Source: Kiritimatiellia bacterium (GTDB lineage Bacteria > Verrucomicrobiota > Kiritimatiellia > JAAZAB01). From it: a DNA stretch of 64,000 bases. This document shows positions 35,655 through 46,116 of this stretch, piece by piece (the first letter of the stretch is position 1; each line of letters opens with the position of its first letter). Position numbers and translations under genes: made by a program. Under the pieces are notes generated by a model, which did not search any database, had not been told where the DNA came from, and was given only the letters and a program-made list of their open reading frames with translations. Location of the stretch: positions 256,001 through 320,000 of the forward strand of contig JAXGPF010000006.1 in NCBI GenBank assembly GCA_040767085.1. Reading direction: 5' to 3'.

Positions 35655-37685
35655 ATGAACAAGCTTGCTTCGTGTTACGCGCGGTTGGATGGAAACAGGC
35701 TGGCGGTTGGCAACGGCGAATTCGAGCGGACCTGGGAAATCGGCGAAGGCGCGCCTGAGGCCGCTTCCATACTCGACAAGGTCCGCCGGCGCGAGTGGAC
35801 CTGGCAACCGCCCTACCGGGATGTCTTCCGCCGGTCAATCCTGCCCCTCGCCGGCCGGCCGACCGTTCATTTCGCCAGCGCCGAAGACGACCGGAATGGC
35901 TGCTCGGAAAAACACCTGCTGGCGACCATCCGCCTGGCCTACCCCAACGCCGAATTGACCTGGACTCACCGTGTCTGGCCCGGCCTGCCGATCATTCTCT
36001 CTCAATTCACGGTCCGCCTGACCGCGCCGGCGGCGCCGGCGCCGGTGGAATCAAATTTTGACAATGGGACGGGCGGGCTGCACATCCTGATGGTGGACGA
36101 CCGGATCGACACTTTCGGCATCGAACCCATGCACCTGGCGTACCGCGCGGCGCAATTTTCATGTCAAACCGATTGGAACGACAACCATGTCCGGGAAAAA
36201 CACGCCTTTACCTACAACAAGGAACGCATCCGGGAGTCCGGCCATTTCATCCATTTCCGGGACCGCGACTCCGGGGATGGGCTGCTGGCGTTGAAGATCG
36301 CGCCGACGCCGGGCGAGCAGCTCAATTACCCGGGCTATGATTTTGCCTATTGCGGCAAAACTTTTTCCATTGCCGGCTCGGGGATTTCCGACGCGGACCT
36401 GCAGGCCGGCGCGGCCTGGCCGGCCTATGCCAGCGCGGTGGGCGTGACGGACGGCAGCGATGCGGCCGGCATGGAATTGTTTTACCGGCTGGACCGGCAG
36501 CGCCACAAGCCCGTCCCGGAGCGCAATTTCAACATCCTCACCAACAACTGGGGCTCAGGCAACGGTTCCAAGGCCATCTGCGAGAAATTGATGCTGGCGG
36601 AAATTGACACCGCCGCGCGGCTCGGGCTGACCCATGTCCAACTGGATGCCGGGTGGCAGCAGGGCATCCAGCACGGCTGGCTGCCGGTCGAGGAGCGTTT
36701 CCGCAAAAGCGTGTATGAAGTCAATCCCAACTACTGGGAGATTCATGCGGAAAGATTCCCCAACCGATTCACCCCGCTGGTCGAACGCGCTCGCGAAAAA
36801 GGCATCCGCCTGGGCATCTGGTTCGCGCCGGACATGGCAGATGATTACGCCTGCTGGGAAAAGGACCGGGACATCGTCCTGGGCTTGTGGCGCGACTGGG
36901 GTTTCGACGCGGTGAAAATTGACGGCGTCAGCCTCCTCAACAAACGCGGCGAAAAAAACCTGCTGGCGTTTTTGAACGGGATTTTTAACGGGTCCAACCG
37001 GCGGATTTGCATCAACTTTGACATCACCGGCGGCGGCGGCAGCCGCCTCGGCCATTTCTACGAAACTGAATGCGTGGGCAACCTGTTCGTCGAAAACCGC
37101 TACGCGCATGACCGGACGTATTATCCCTACCGCACCACGCGCAGCCTCTGGCATTTGTGCCGTTATTTTCCGAGTTACCGGCTGCACCTGGAATTCGTCG
37201 ACGCGCAGAGCAAGTCCAGCCAGTATGCGGAAGATGACCCGTTCCGCCCGGCGGCGTTCGGCACGGAATATTCCTGCGCCGCGGTGTTGTTTGCCAACCC
37301 GCTGTGCTGGATGGAAACCCAGCATCTGGCGGAGCGGGACAAAAAAGCGCTGGCCGGATTGATCCATGCCTACCGGCCGCACCAGCGGGCTTTACTGAGC
37401 GGCCGGGTGTTCCCGATCGGCGAAGAACCGTCGGGCCGGGCCTGGACTGGATTCCAGTCCGTGACCGGCCCCGGGGAAGGATACCTGATGGTCTTGCGCG
37501 AAATTACCGACCGGCGCCGCGGCGAATTTGCGCTGCACGGCGTGCCGCCGGGCGCGCGGTTGCAACTGGAGCGGATAGCCGGCAAGCTGTCCGCGGCCGA
37601 ACTCAAGGTTGACCGGCGCGGCGTCGCGCGGGTGGCCCTGCCCCGGCCGGCCTCCTACGGCTTTGTCCGCTACCGGGCAGTCTGA
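35655..37685 (+). CDS. GH36/GH27-like alpha-galactosidase-family glycoside hydrolase
   Basis: NNWG, QLDAGW, RFP..F..L, GIWFAP, VKIDG nucleophile motif. Confidence 0.78.
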   Translation: MNKLASCYARLDGNRLAVGNGEFERTWEIGEGAPEAASILDKVRRREWTWQPPYRDVFRRSILPLAGRPTVHFASAEDDRNGCSEKHLLATIRLAYPNAELTWTHRVWPGLPIILSQFTVRLTAPAAPAPVESNFDNGTGGLHILMVDDRIDTFGIEPMHLAYRAAQFSCQTDWNDNHVREKHAFTYNKERIRESGHFIHFRDRDSGDGLLALKIAPTPGEQLNYPGYDFAYCGKTFSIAGSGISDADLQAGAAWPAYASAVGVTDGSDAAGMELFYRLDRQRHKPVPERNFNILTNNWGSGNGSKAICEKLMLAEIDTAARLGLTHVQLDAGWQQGIQHGWLPVEERFRKSVYEVNPNYWEIHAERFPNRFTPLVERAREKGIRLGIWFAPDMADDYACWEKDRDIVLGLWRDWGFDAVKIDGVSLLNKRGEKNLLAFLNGIFNGSNRRICINFDITGGGGSRLGHFYETECVGNLFVENRYAHDRTYYPYRTTRSLWHLCRYFPSYRLHLEFVDAQSKSSQYAEDDPFRPAAFGTEYSCAAVLFANPLCWMETQHLAERDKKALAGLIHAYRPHQRALLSGRVFPIGEEPSGRAWTGFQSVTGPGEGYLMVLREITDRRRGEFALHGVPPGARLQLERIAGKLSAAELKVDRRGVARVALPRPASYGFVRYRAV

Positions 37686-37700
37686 CTGGCGAGCAACCGG

Positions 37701-38618
37701 TCAATTCGCCAGCGCGCGCCGGTATTTATTCAGCCACCGCGAAAGCGTGGTCTTGTCGGCAAACCCGATTTCAGCGGCCATGCGCTTGCCCGGCGTCTGG
37801 CCCGCCAGCAAGGCCTTGGCGCGTTCCAGCCGGCAGGCGTCAATATACTGGTGGACGGTCTGGCTGGTGCTTTGCTTAAAAACCCTCGCGAAGTGTCCGG
37901 GGCTGTACCCCGCCACCTCCGCCAAACCCGCCAGCGAAACATGGGCGCCGCCGGTCTGCCGGATATGCCCGCAAATCACCGCTATTTTTTTGCGCAGCAG
38001 CGCTTCCCGGTCAATAGTTTCAGCGGGCCGGTGCATGGATTCAATGACCAGGCGCAGTAAATCCGCGAAAAATGCGGTCAACCATAATTGGACCTGCAGG
38101 GCCGCGGCTGGCCCGCCGCCGTCCGCCGCCGCGCGCATCAACGCGAGCCGGCGGCCCAGGTCGCCGACATGTAACAAGCTGCGTTCGCCATACACGCGTT
38201 TGACCCGGCCGCGCCGCACAATGATGAATTGCAGGAAGGCCTGCTCCGCGGCAATGAAACTTATCCAGATGTGATGCAGTCCGTCGTCCGAGGGGTGGTA
38301 GCGGTTGGCATGCGGCTGGTTGGGCGCAATCAGCGCCATGGCGCCCGGCCGGCAAGGGAACACACGATCCTGTACGCCGTACCAGCACGATCCGCCGGCC
38401 GCCAGCAGCACCTCGTAAAAAGGATGCGCATGCTGATGCCGACGCAACCAGGCAGGCATGCCCGGGCGCGCCCGCCCTCCGGCCGGCGGCGGCGCCTGAA
38501 AGGGCGTTACCAGGCGCCAATACCGCGGGCTGGCAAACACGTTCAGGGCGGCGGGACTGAAAAAAGCGCCGTCATCCCGCCAACCCGATAGTTGGAACAC
38601 CTGATCCATTGCCGACAA
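37701..38618 (-). CDS. AraC family transcriptional regulator (cupin + HTH)
   Basis: HQHAHPFYE cupin, SLAGLAEVAGYSPGHFARVFK, RLERAKALL, IGFAD. Confidence 0.9.
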   Translation of the reverse strand: MSAMDQVFQLSGWRDDGAFFSPAALNVFASPRYWRLVTPFQAPPPAGGRARPGMPAWLRRHQHAHPFYEVLLAAGGSCWYGVQDRVFPCRPGAMALIAPNQPHANRYHPSDDGLHHIWISFIAAEQAFLQFIIVRRGRVKRVYGERSLLHVGDLGRRLALMRAAADGGGPAAALQVQLWLTAFFADLLRLVIESMHRPAETIDREALLRKKIAVICGHIRQTGGAHVSLAGLAEVAGYSPGHFARVFKQSTSQTVHQYIDACRLERAKALLAGQTPGKRMAAEIGFADKTTLSRWLNKYRRALAN

Positions 38619-38689
38619 TCATGCCCGGCCGCCGCATCCGGACGGGGGCTTGGCCCCAAGGACGGTGCGGACGCAGCCTCGTCCCCGCA

Positions 38690-41140
38690 CTAAAAATCCA
38701 GCGGGATGACCGATAGCTTGTATGCCTGGCTGGACAACCTTGCCAACCACATCTTCCCGGAATCCGACCGCACCGCCAGGTCTGCCAGGCCATCGCCGTC
38801 GTAATCCGCCGGCGCCGGGAAGTAGCCCGGGCCGCCCAAGGGCCAGGGCGCGGCATAGGCCCCGTAATTGATGCCGGAGAGCCTGAAATTCCAAATGCCG
38901 GAGTCGGTATGATAAACGCCCGGGTCCGCGAAGCCATCGCCGTCAAAGTCGCCGGCCACCGGCCACGCGCCCGGGCCGCCGAGAAATGCCAGCCGCGCCA
39001 GATGCGCGTAATTCAGGGTTGAAAGGCAGACCTGCCAATCGCCCGATGCGCGGCCATAGATGCCCGGGTCCGCCCGGCCGTCGCCGTCAAAATCCGCCGT
39101 CACGCCGCTCCAGCCGTTCCCGCCAAATGGGAATGCCAGCGTAGCCAGGTAGTTATAGTTGCTGCTGGAGAACAAGGCGCACCAGGTTCCGGTCAATTCC
39201 TGATAGACAGCGGGGTCCGCCAGGCTATCGCCGTCAAAATCCGCCGACATGGAAGCCCAGCCGCGGCCGCCCAGGCGGTTAAAGTCATAAACCTGTTTGC
39301 GGTAATCATAAGTCGAAGGCATGATGCGCCACGCGCCGGCCGCCTCGCCGTACATTGCCGGATCCGCCAGGCCGTCGCCGTCGTAATCCGCGCTGACGCC
39401 CGAGGATATCCCGCCGCGCCAGCCGGCGGCGTAGGCGCTGAACGCACTGACGGCGCCGCCATTCGTGGCCTGCAGCCAGTAATAATACATCTTGCCCACC
39501 AGCGCGTTGGTATCTGTATAACGCAGGGCAGCAGTCCCCGGCAACAGGATGGCGGCGGCGTCAGGCCGGCTGGAAATGCCGCGCCAGATACGGTACCCAG
39601 CCGCCCCCGGAGCAGCCTGCCAGGAGACTTCCACGCCATCCGCCGATGTTCCGGCGCCGGCCGTCACGGCGCCCGGCGCCGCCAGCGCGTTGGTGGCCCA
39701 GAGCCAGTTGATGCTGGAATCTTCCGCCAGGGCAAACGGGCCGGTGTTGGTGCCGAATCCCGCGGCCGGCACGCTGCCGGAACCGGTCCAGCCGATGCAG
39801 ACATAGCGGTTGCTGCCGGCAATCACCGGCGAGTTGGTCACGGCGCAGACGATGATGGAACCGTTGGTATAAACGGAACTGCCAACGGCTGGACGCGCGC
39901 CGCCATGGGCGGATTGCACCGCCAGGGTGCGCATGACCGGCGGGGTGTAAACCATGTAACATGCTTCGCAGGCCACCCGGGCGGCGGTATAGCGGATGCG
40001 CATGTAACCGTTCTCGCCCCAGCCGCCGCCCCAGCTGTTGCGCAGAATCCAGCACCCGCCGCCGCCTTCGGGAGGGTTGTCATCCCAGCCGACCAGCGCA
40101 ATGGCGTGATTCACCGGTGTATAATAACAGGGATCCTCGTAACAGTCCGTCGCGTCGTCGTCGTAAACGCCACCGGCGTAATCGTTGAATTCATCGCTCA
40201 CATACACCGCCGCATCCACAACGCCGTAAGTCATGATGGCGGTTTTAATGGCCTCCACATCGCCGCAGGGCAACCGATGCCACGAAGTAAACACCTCGCG
40301 CGGACTGCCCCAGTGTGCGCAGCCGCCCGGATCGCTGGTGGTGTACGGGAAAGCGGACTCCAGGCAAACGCCTTCCACTGTCAGCGCCGCCAATTCGGCA
40401 TAATCGTAATCCGCGCCATTGCAGCCGCCGAAATGGATGGCATATTGGGGCAAGCGTCCGAGGCACCACATGATAAACGACTCGGAAAAATCAACGCAGG
40501 CGGCGCCAGACCGCCCCATGGCCCAGTTGAAGGTCCCCTCGCCGGCGGCCGCCGCCGCAAAAGCGTAGCAACTGCCGCAAGGCCCCTGGTCCCGCACGGC
40601 GCCGATATAAGAATTGCCGGCCAGATTCCGCCAATCAAAGGCTGGCGGCAGGGCGGTCCGGCCATCCATCAACCGGTAAATGCGCAGCAAGTCCGCGTCA
40701 TCTTCGGCTCGGCCGCCGTTAGCGGCGGACGGCCATTTGCCAAGCGCGTCCGGCGTGTCATACAGCGGCATGCCTTTCTGCCGCATCAGTTCCATCAGCG
40801 GCACGCCCCGCGCGCCGGCGGCCGCGTTGGCGCGAGCGCCGGCTGGATAACAAACCGCATACTCCCGGCTATAACCGCCGGCATTGGTGCGCACGCACTC
40901 GATGGCATAACCGTGTAACGCGGCGAATGAATATTCCCGGCCAACCTTGCCCTTGAAAAAATCCCAGGCATCAAACTGAACGCCGGGCGCCACCACCGCC
41001 GCGCCCCGCGCGCCGTCCGGTCCGGCCACAATGCGGTATTCGTAGCCCATGCGCTCGCAATAGGCGGCGGCGGGGTTGGGCCGTCCCGCGGCCAACTGCG
41101 CGGTCAAACCTAAAGCAATTAAAAACAGATATTTACGCAT
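38690..41140 (-). CDS. Secreted C1A (papain-like) cysteine peptidase with DUF333-like N-terminus, FN3-like domain and FG-GAP-like repeats
   Basis: FDWR, VRDQGPCGSCYAF, NHAIALVGW, WILRNSWG..WGENGY; PNPAAAYCERMG; five (A/G)D(Y/F)DGDxxAD repeats. Confidence 0.9.
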   Translation of the reverse strand: MRKYLFLIALGLTAQLAAGRPNPAAAYCERMGYEYRIVAGPDGARGAAVVAPGVQFDAWDFFKGKVGREYSFAALHGYAIECVRTNAGGYSREYAVCYPAGARANAAAGARGVPLMELMRQKGMPLYDTPDALGKWPSAANGGRAEDDADLLRIYRLMDGRTALPPAFDWRNLAGNSYIGAVRDQGPCGSCYAFAAAAAGEGTFNWAMGRSGAACVDFSESFIMWCLGRLPQYAIHFGGCNGADYDYAELAALTVEGVCLESAFPYTTSDPGGCAHWGSPREVFTSWHRLPCGDVEAIKTAIMTYGVVDAAVYVSDEFNDYAGGVYDDDATDCYEDPCYYTPVNHAIALVGWDDNPPEGGGGCWILRNSWGGGWGENGYMRIRYTAARVACEACYMVYTPPVMRTLAVQSAHGGARPAVGSSVYTNGSIIVCAVTNSPVIAGSNRYVCIGWTGSGSVPAAGFGTNTGPFALAEDSSINWLWATNALAAPGAVTAGAGTSADGVEVSWQAAPGAAGYRIWRGISSRPDAAAILLPGTAALRYTDTNALVGKMYYYWLQATNGGAVSAFSAYAAGWRGGISSGVSADYDGDGLADPAMYGEAAGAWRIMPSTYDYRKQVYDFNRLGGRGWASMSADFDGDSLADPAVYQELTGTWCALFSSSNYNYLATLAFPFGGNGWSGVTADFDGDGRADPGIYGRASGDWQVCLSTLNYAHLARLAFLGGPGAWPVAGDFDGDGFADPGVYHTDSGIWNFRLSGINYGAYAAPWPLGGPGYFPAPADYDGDGLADLAVRSDSGKMWLARLSSQAYKLSVIPLDF

Positions 41141-41321
41141 GCAGCAGCATCGTCCGCCCACTGGGCGGCCCTCCCCGCGGATATGCAATCACCGACATTT
41201 TCCCTCGTGCGGCGCATTTTACCGCCTAGCGCCGGGCAACACAAACTAAATTTCTCACACCTCTGGCCGCGGGCGCAACTTTTTGTTTCAATCCCCCCGG
41301 GAATCAACTATATTAGCCGGG

Positions 41322-42578
41322 ATGCAGGGACAAATCACAGTCGAGCATGTCGGCAAGTCATACCGGCTCTACCGTTCCGCCGCCGACCGCCTCCGGGAAG
41401 CGCTGCATCCGCGCCGCCGCAAGTACCACCAATTGTTCAAGGCGCTGGACGATGTCTCCTGCGCCGTTAATCCCGGCACAACCCTGGGCATCATCGGGCG
41501 CAACGGCTCTGGCAAATCCACGCTCTTGAAGGTCATCGCCGGTATCATCACCCCCACCTGCGGCTGGGCGCGCGCCGACGGCCGGCTGGCGGCGCTGCTG
41601 GAACTGGGCGCGGGGTTCAACCCCGAGCTGACCGGCCTGGAAAACATTTATTTCAACGGCACCATCATGGGATACCGCCGCCGCGACATGCGGGCGCGCT
41701 TGCCGGAGATCACGGCCTTTGCCGATATCGGCCCATACCTCGATCAGCCGGTCAAAACCTATTCCAGCGGCATGTTCGTCCGCCTGGCTTTCGCCGTCGC
41801 CATTAACGTGGATCCCGACATCCTGCTGGTGGACGAAGCGCTGGCGGTGGGCGACATCAACTTCCAGGCTCGCTGCTTCCGCAAGTTGAACGAATTCCGC
41901 CGCCGCGGCCGCACGGTGGTCTTCGTCACCCACTCGCTGGACACCATCCTGCGGTACTGCGACAGGGTGATCGTGCTGAATCAAGGCCGCAAGATGACGG
42001 AAGCCGATCCCAAGACGGCGGTGGATGCCTATAAGCAATTGATGGCCGAGCGCGATCAGCGCCGCATCGCCCCGGCCGCGCCGGCGGCCGCGGGCCCGGC
42101 GCCGTTGTCATATCGCGGCCATTTTCAACGCCATCCTGACACGCTGGCCTACGGCAACGGCGCGGCCGAAATCACGGATTTCGGGCTGTTCGACGAAGCC
42201 GGCCGGCCGGCGCGGCTGCTGACTTGCGGCGAGTTTTTCAGCGTCCGCATGGAAGTCGCCTTCCAGGCGCCCTTGACCGATCCGATCTTCGCCTATACTA
42301 TCAAGGACTTAAAAGGCTTGGAACTGACGGGCGCCAACACGCTTTTCCAGGAAATCGCCACCGGCGCCTACCAGCCCGGCCAGCGGGCGGTGGTGCAATT
42401 CCGGCAGCGGCTGACACTGCAGTCCGGGCGGTATGCGCTTTCGCTGGGCTGCACCGGCATGCACGGCGACACGCTGCTGGTTTACCGGCGGCTGTACGAT
42501 GTGCTGTTGTTCGAAGTCGCCGCGCCCCGGCCGGTGGTGGGATTGTTCGACCCGGACACGCAAATCGAAATCACATGA
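41322..42578 (+). CDS. wzt: Polysaccharide ABC exporter ATP-binding subunit with Wzt C-terminal domain
   Basis: GRNGSGKST, LELGAGFNPELTG.ENI, YSSGMFVRLAFA, DEALAVGD..F, C-terminal Ig-like extension. Confidence 0.9.
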   Translation: MQGQITVEHVGKSYRLYRSAADRLREALHPRRRKYHQLFKALDDVSCAVNPGTTLGIIGRNGSGKSTLLKVIAGIITPTCGWARADGRLAALLELGAGFNPELTGLENIYFNGTIMGYRRRDMRARLPEITAFADIGPYLDQPVKTYSSGMFVRLAFAVAINVDPDILLVDEALAVGDINFQARCFRKLNEFRRRGRTVVFVTHSLDTILRYCDRVIVLNQGRKMTEADPKTAVDAYKQLMAERDQRRIAPAAPAAAGPAPLSYRGHFQRHPDTLAYGNGAAEITDFGLFDEAGRPARLLTCGEFFSVRMEVAFQAPLTDPIFAYTIKDLKGLELTGANTLFQEIATGAYQPGQRAVVQFRQRLTLQSGRYALSLGCTGMHGDTLLVYRRLYDVLLFEVAAPRPVVGLFDPDTQIEIT

Positions 42579-42590
42579 GCGGACTTCAAA

Positions 42591-43502
42591 ATGGCGGTAC
42601 TGGATACAAGCTGCTATAAGGGCGCGGATGCCTATACCGACGGCCCGATTGAAGACGAGATGCTGGAACTGGCCGGCGCCGGGCCGGCGGCGCCGGCCTG
42701 GCTGGCGCGCGACAACCGCTGGCCGCTGCTTTGCCATTTCGCGCCCGAGCGGCGCAACCTGCTGGAATGGTTTCCCTTCCATCCCGCCGGGCGTTTGCTG
42801 GAAGTCGGCGCCGGCTGCGGCGCCCTGACCGGGCTGTTCTGCGAGAAAGTCGCCGAAGTGCAGGCGGTGGAACTGTCGCTCAAGCGCAGCCGCATCCTGC
42901 AGACGCGTTATGCCGGTTGCGCCAACCTGCGGATACGCGTGGGCAACGTGCTCGATCTGCCGCCGGACGGCGGCTTCGACTATATCACCCTGATCGGCGT
43001 CCTGGAGTATGCCGCCGCCTTCGTTCCCGAACCGCAGCCGCACCTGGCGCTGCTGCGGCGGCTGGCCGGCCAGCTCAAGCCGGAGGGCGTGTTGTTGCTG
43101 GCAATCGAGAACAAATTCGGCTTGAAATATTTCGCCGGGGCGCCGGAAGACCATACCGGCCGGCTCTTTGAAGGCATAGAAGGCTACCCCGGCGGCGGGG
43201 CGGTCCGCACATTTGCGCGGGATGAGTTGGACCGGCTGCTGGCGCAAGCCGGGTTCCAGCGCCGCGATTTTTACTATCCCTACCCCGACTATAAACTGCC
43301 CCGCGAAATTTTTTCCGACGCCTGGCTGCCGCCGCCGCATCACGTACTGCCGGACGCCCCCAATTACGACCACGAACGCCTGCGCATGCTGAGTGAAACC
43401 CGCGCGTGGGAAAACATCATCCGCGCCGGATATTTCCCGTTGTTCGCCAATTCGTTCCTCGTGGCGGCCAGCCCGCGGGAGACGCCGCCACGGGCAGATT
43501 GA
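42591..43502 (+). CDS. Class I SAM-dependent methyltransferase (glycan-modification type)
   Basis: LEVGAGCGALT, FDYITLIGVLEY, AIENKFGLKYFAG, YYPYPDYKLP. Confidence 0.88.
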   Translation: MAVLDTSCYKGADAYTDGPIEDEMLELAGAGPAAPAWLARDNRWPLLCHFAPERRNLLEWFPFHPAGRLLEVGAGCGALTGLFCEKVAEVQAVELSLKRSRILQTRYAGCANLRIRVGNVLDLPPDGGFDYITLIGVLEYAAAFVPEPQPHLALLRRLAGQLKPEGVLLLAIENKFGLKYFAGAPEDHTGRLFEGIEGYPGGGAVRTFARDELDRLLAQAGFQRRDFYYPYPDYKLPREIFSDAWLPPPHHVLPDAPNYDHERLRMLSETRAWENIIRAGYFPLFANSFLVAASPRETPPRAD

Positions 43503-43560
43503 GGCGGGCGGATTTGTGTGTTGGTATGTGGGTTAGCGAGCATGGGAGGGCGGGAGAAAT

Positions 43561-44217
43561 ATGAAAACGAAAATTCGAGACATGCAAAGTCAAATTGCCG
43601 CTTCCATCGCCTTGAAACGCCGGTTGCTGGCCCAGCCGCGGATTTTAAACCAACTGGCGGAATTGGCGGCGGCGGCGGCGGCGGTTTTCCGGAACGGCGG
43701 CCGGCTGCTGCTGGCCGGCAACGGAGGCAGCGCCGCGGATGCCCAGCACATCGCCGGCGAACTGGTGGGCCGGTTCATGCGGGAGCGGGGCGCCCTGCCC
43801 GCCCTGGCGCTTTCCACCGACAGCTCCATTCTCACCGCACTCGGCAATGATTATGCCTTCGATATCGTCTTCGCCCGGCAGGTGGAAGCCCAGGGCCGGC
43901 GCGGCGACATGCTGCTGGGTATTTCCACTTCCGGCAATTCCGCCAACGTGGTTCGGGCGCTGCAAACCGCCCGCGCCATGGGTTTGATTACCGCCGGCCT
44001 GACGGGCCAGGGCGGCGGCAAGATGGCGCCGCTCTGCGATTACTGCATCCGCATCCCATCCCGCGAGACACCGCGCGTACAGGAAAGCATGCTGCTGCTG
44101 GAACACATTTTCTGCGGGATGATCGAGGATGCCCTGTTCCCGGCCGCGGCCCCAAACCCGCGCGGCAGAGGCCCGGCGCGGCGGCCGGCGGCGGCGCGCC
44201 GCTCCGGGAGCCGCTAA
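43561..44217 (+). CDS. gmhA: D-sedoheptulose 7-phosphate isomerase
   Basis: GNGGSAADAQHIAGEL, ND Y.FD.VFARQVEA, ISTSGNS.NV, TPRVQE. Confidence 0.93.
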   Translation: MKTKIRDMQSQIAASIALKRRLLAQPRILNQLAELAAAAAAVFRNGGRLLLAGNGGSAADAQHIAGELVGRFMRERGALPALALSTDSSILTALGNDYAFDIVFARQVEAQGRRGDMLLGISTSGNSANVVRALQTARAMGLITAGLTGQGGGKMAPLCDYCIRIPSRETPRVQESMLLLEHIFCGMIEDALFPAAAPNPRGRGPARRPAAARRSGSR

Positions 44218-45242
44218 TCCGCGGACCGGGGCCAGATCAAAGCCTGCATGGCCTGTTTTAATTCCGCGAGTCCCGTTGCCGCGCGGGCGGAGATGGGCAG
44301 CGGCTGGATGCCGGTCGCGCTTTGAAATTCCGCCAGGTTGGCCGCGGCCTCCGGCAAGTCCATTTTATTGGCGGCCACCAGCCGGGGGCGTTGTAGCAAA
44401 TCGGCGCGGTAGAGGCGCAGTTCTTCCAGCAGGTTGCGGTAATCATCCGCCGGCGGCCGCCCTTCCGTGCCGGCCATATCCAGCACCAACAGCAGGGCGC
44501 GCGCTCGTTCCACGTGGCGCAGAAAATCGGTGCCCAGTCCGGCGCCGGCGTGGGCGCCGGGAATCAAGCCGGGTATGTCCACCACCCGCAGTTCCCGGTA
44601 GCCTTCCTCATACTTGACCGTGCCGATCACCGGGTTCAGGGTGGTGAAAGGATACGCGGCGATGCGCGGGTGGGCATGGCTGATTTTGCCAATCAGCGTT
44701 GATTTGCCGGCGTTGGGGAAACCGATCAGGCCGATATCGGCGATGATTTTCAGATCGAAGCGGAGTTGCCGGGCTTCGCCCGAGGCGCCGCTGGTATGTT
44801 CGCGCGGCGCCTGGTGCGTGCTGGTTTTCCAATGGCAATTGCCCAGCCCGCCCCGGCCGCCGGCGGCAATCTGCAGCCGCGCGCCATCCTCGAGCAACGT
44901 TCCTATCAGGGTCTCCGATTCCAGGTCGCGGATTTCCGTGCCACAGGGTACTTTGATCGTCAAATCCCGGCCGTTGCGCCCATATTGCTGCTTGCCCCGG
45001 CCATGCTCGCCATCGCCGGCGCGCTGCTGTGGCTGGAAATACAAGGCGACCAGGGAATCCACGTTGCGGTCGGCCTCGGCAAAGACATGCCCGCCGCGTC
45101 CGCCGTCGCCGCCATCGGGGCCGCCGCGCGGAACAAATTTTTCACGGCGGGAACTGGCGCATCCGTCCCCGCCCGCTCCGGCGGCGACGCGGACGGCCAC
45201 GGAATCAACGAACCGGCGGCTTTTTAACCTGCGGGGGCACAC
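44214..45242 (-). CDS. obgE: GTPase Obg/CgtA
   Basis: [52 protein letters not shown]; start codon uncertain. Confidence 0.95.
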   Translation of the reverse strand: MCPRRLKSRRFVDSVAVRVAAGAGGDGCASSRREKFVPRGGPDGGDGGRGGHVFAEADRNVDSLVALYFQPQQRAGDGEHGRGKQQYGRNGRDLTIKVPCGTEIRDLESETLIGTLLEDGARLQIAAGGRGGLGNCHWKTSTHQAPREHTSGASGEARQLRFDLKIIADIGLIGFPNAGKSTLIGKISHAHPRIAAYPFTTLNPVIGTVKYEEGYRELRVVDIPGLIPGAHAGAGLGTDFLRHVERARALLLVLDMAGTEGRPPADDYRNLLEELRLYRADLLQRPRLVAANKMDLPEAAANLAEFQSATGIQPLPISARAATGLAELKQAMQALIWPRSAD

Positions 45243-45481
45243 GCGTTAATCCGGACCCTTTTGCCGTTTTTTTCGAATTTCACCAGGCCGGCCTGCAAGG
45301 CAAACAGGGTGTTGTCGCGGCCCTGTCCCACGCCGAGGCCTGGCAAAATTTTCGTGCCGCGCTGGCGGACGATGATGCTGCCGATGGTGACGCACTGCCC
45401 GTCAAAACATTTCACGCCCAACCGCCGGCCGGCGCTGTCGCGGCCGTTGCGGGCACTCCCGCCGCTTTTTTTCGTTGCCAT
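45224..45481 (-). CDS. rpmA: 50S ribosomal protein L27
   Basis: [40 protein letters not shown]. Confidence 0.97.
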   Translation of the reverse strand: MATKKSGGSARNGRDSAGRRLGVKCFDGQCVTIGSIIVRQRGTKILPGLGVGQGRDNTLFALQAGLVKFEKNGKRVRINACAPAG

Positions 45482-45526
45482 GGAAAAATGCTCCCAGTTG
45501 CCCCGCGCCGGCGGCGCGAGGCCCGA

Positions 45527-45838
45527 TTACACGCTTTCGATTTTTAACACGGTCTGTTCCTGGCGATGGCCCTGCTTGCGGTTGTAACCCTTGCGCCGTT
45601 TCTTGCGGAAGGCCACAACCTTGCCGCCGCGCAGGTGCTCCACCACCGTGGCCACTACTTCCGCCTGCTCGACATACGGACGGCCGACAGTCAAAGTCGC
45701 GCCATCCGACACCGCCAGCACCGGTTGGATGGTGATCCGCGCGCCCACTTCCGCCGGTAAACGCTCAACGCGCAAGGTGTCCGACGCCTGTACCCGGTAT
45801 TGTTTTCCGCCGGTTTCCACAACTGCATAAGCTTTCAT
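45527..45838 (-). CDS. rplU: 50S ribosomal protein L21
   Basis: YAVVETGGKQYRV..KKRRKGY..KQGHRQ; AGGAG RBS before ATG 45838. Confidence 0.97.
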   Translation of the reverse strand: MKAYAVVETGGKQYRVQASDTLRVERLPAEVGARITIQPVLAVSDGATLTVGRPYVEQAEVVATVVEHLRGGKVVAFRKKRRKGYNRKQGHRQEQTVLKIESV

Positions 45839-45995
45839 GATCACTCCTGCTTGATTCCGCCTGGGCGGCGGCAGACAAACATGGCACAGCCGCAATTGCA
45901 ACGCCGGATGCCTGGCCCGCGCGCCGGCGGTAACCGCGCGCGCCGTTGGCCGCGCCCGGCTCCGGATCCCTGCCGTGTCATTCAGTAAAGCGTTA

Positions 45996-46023
45996 AAAGT
46001 AGCAAAAAGGCGTAAAATGTCAA
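45996..46023 (-). promoter_or_regulatory. Candidate sigma70 promoter of rplU-rpmA-obgE
   Basis: Minus strand TTGACA-N16-TACTTT with extended -10 TG. Confidence 0.55.
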
Positions 46024-46116
46024 TTATGAAAATTTTATTGCTTTGCGGACGGGAAACCGTATCTTGTCCAACACTGGTGTCCGGCTTGTCCCGGCGTTGA
46101 TGACGGATCCTGCCGT

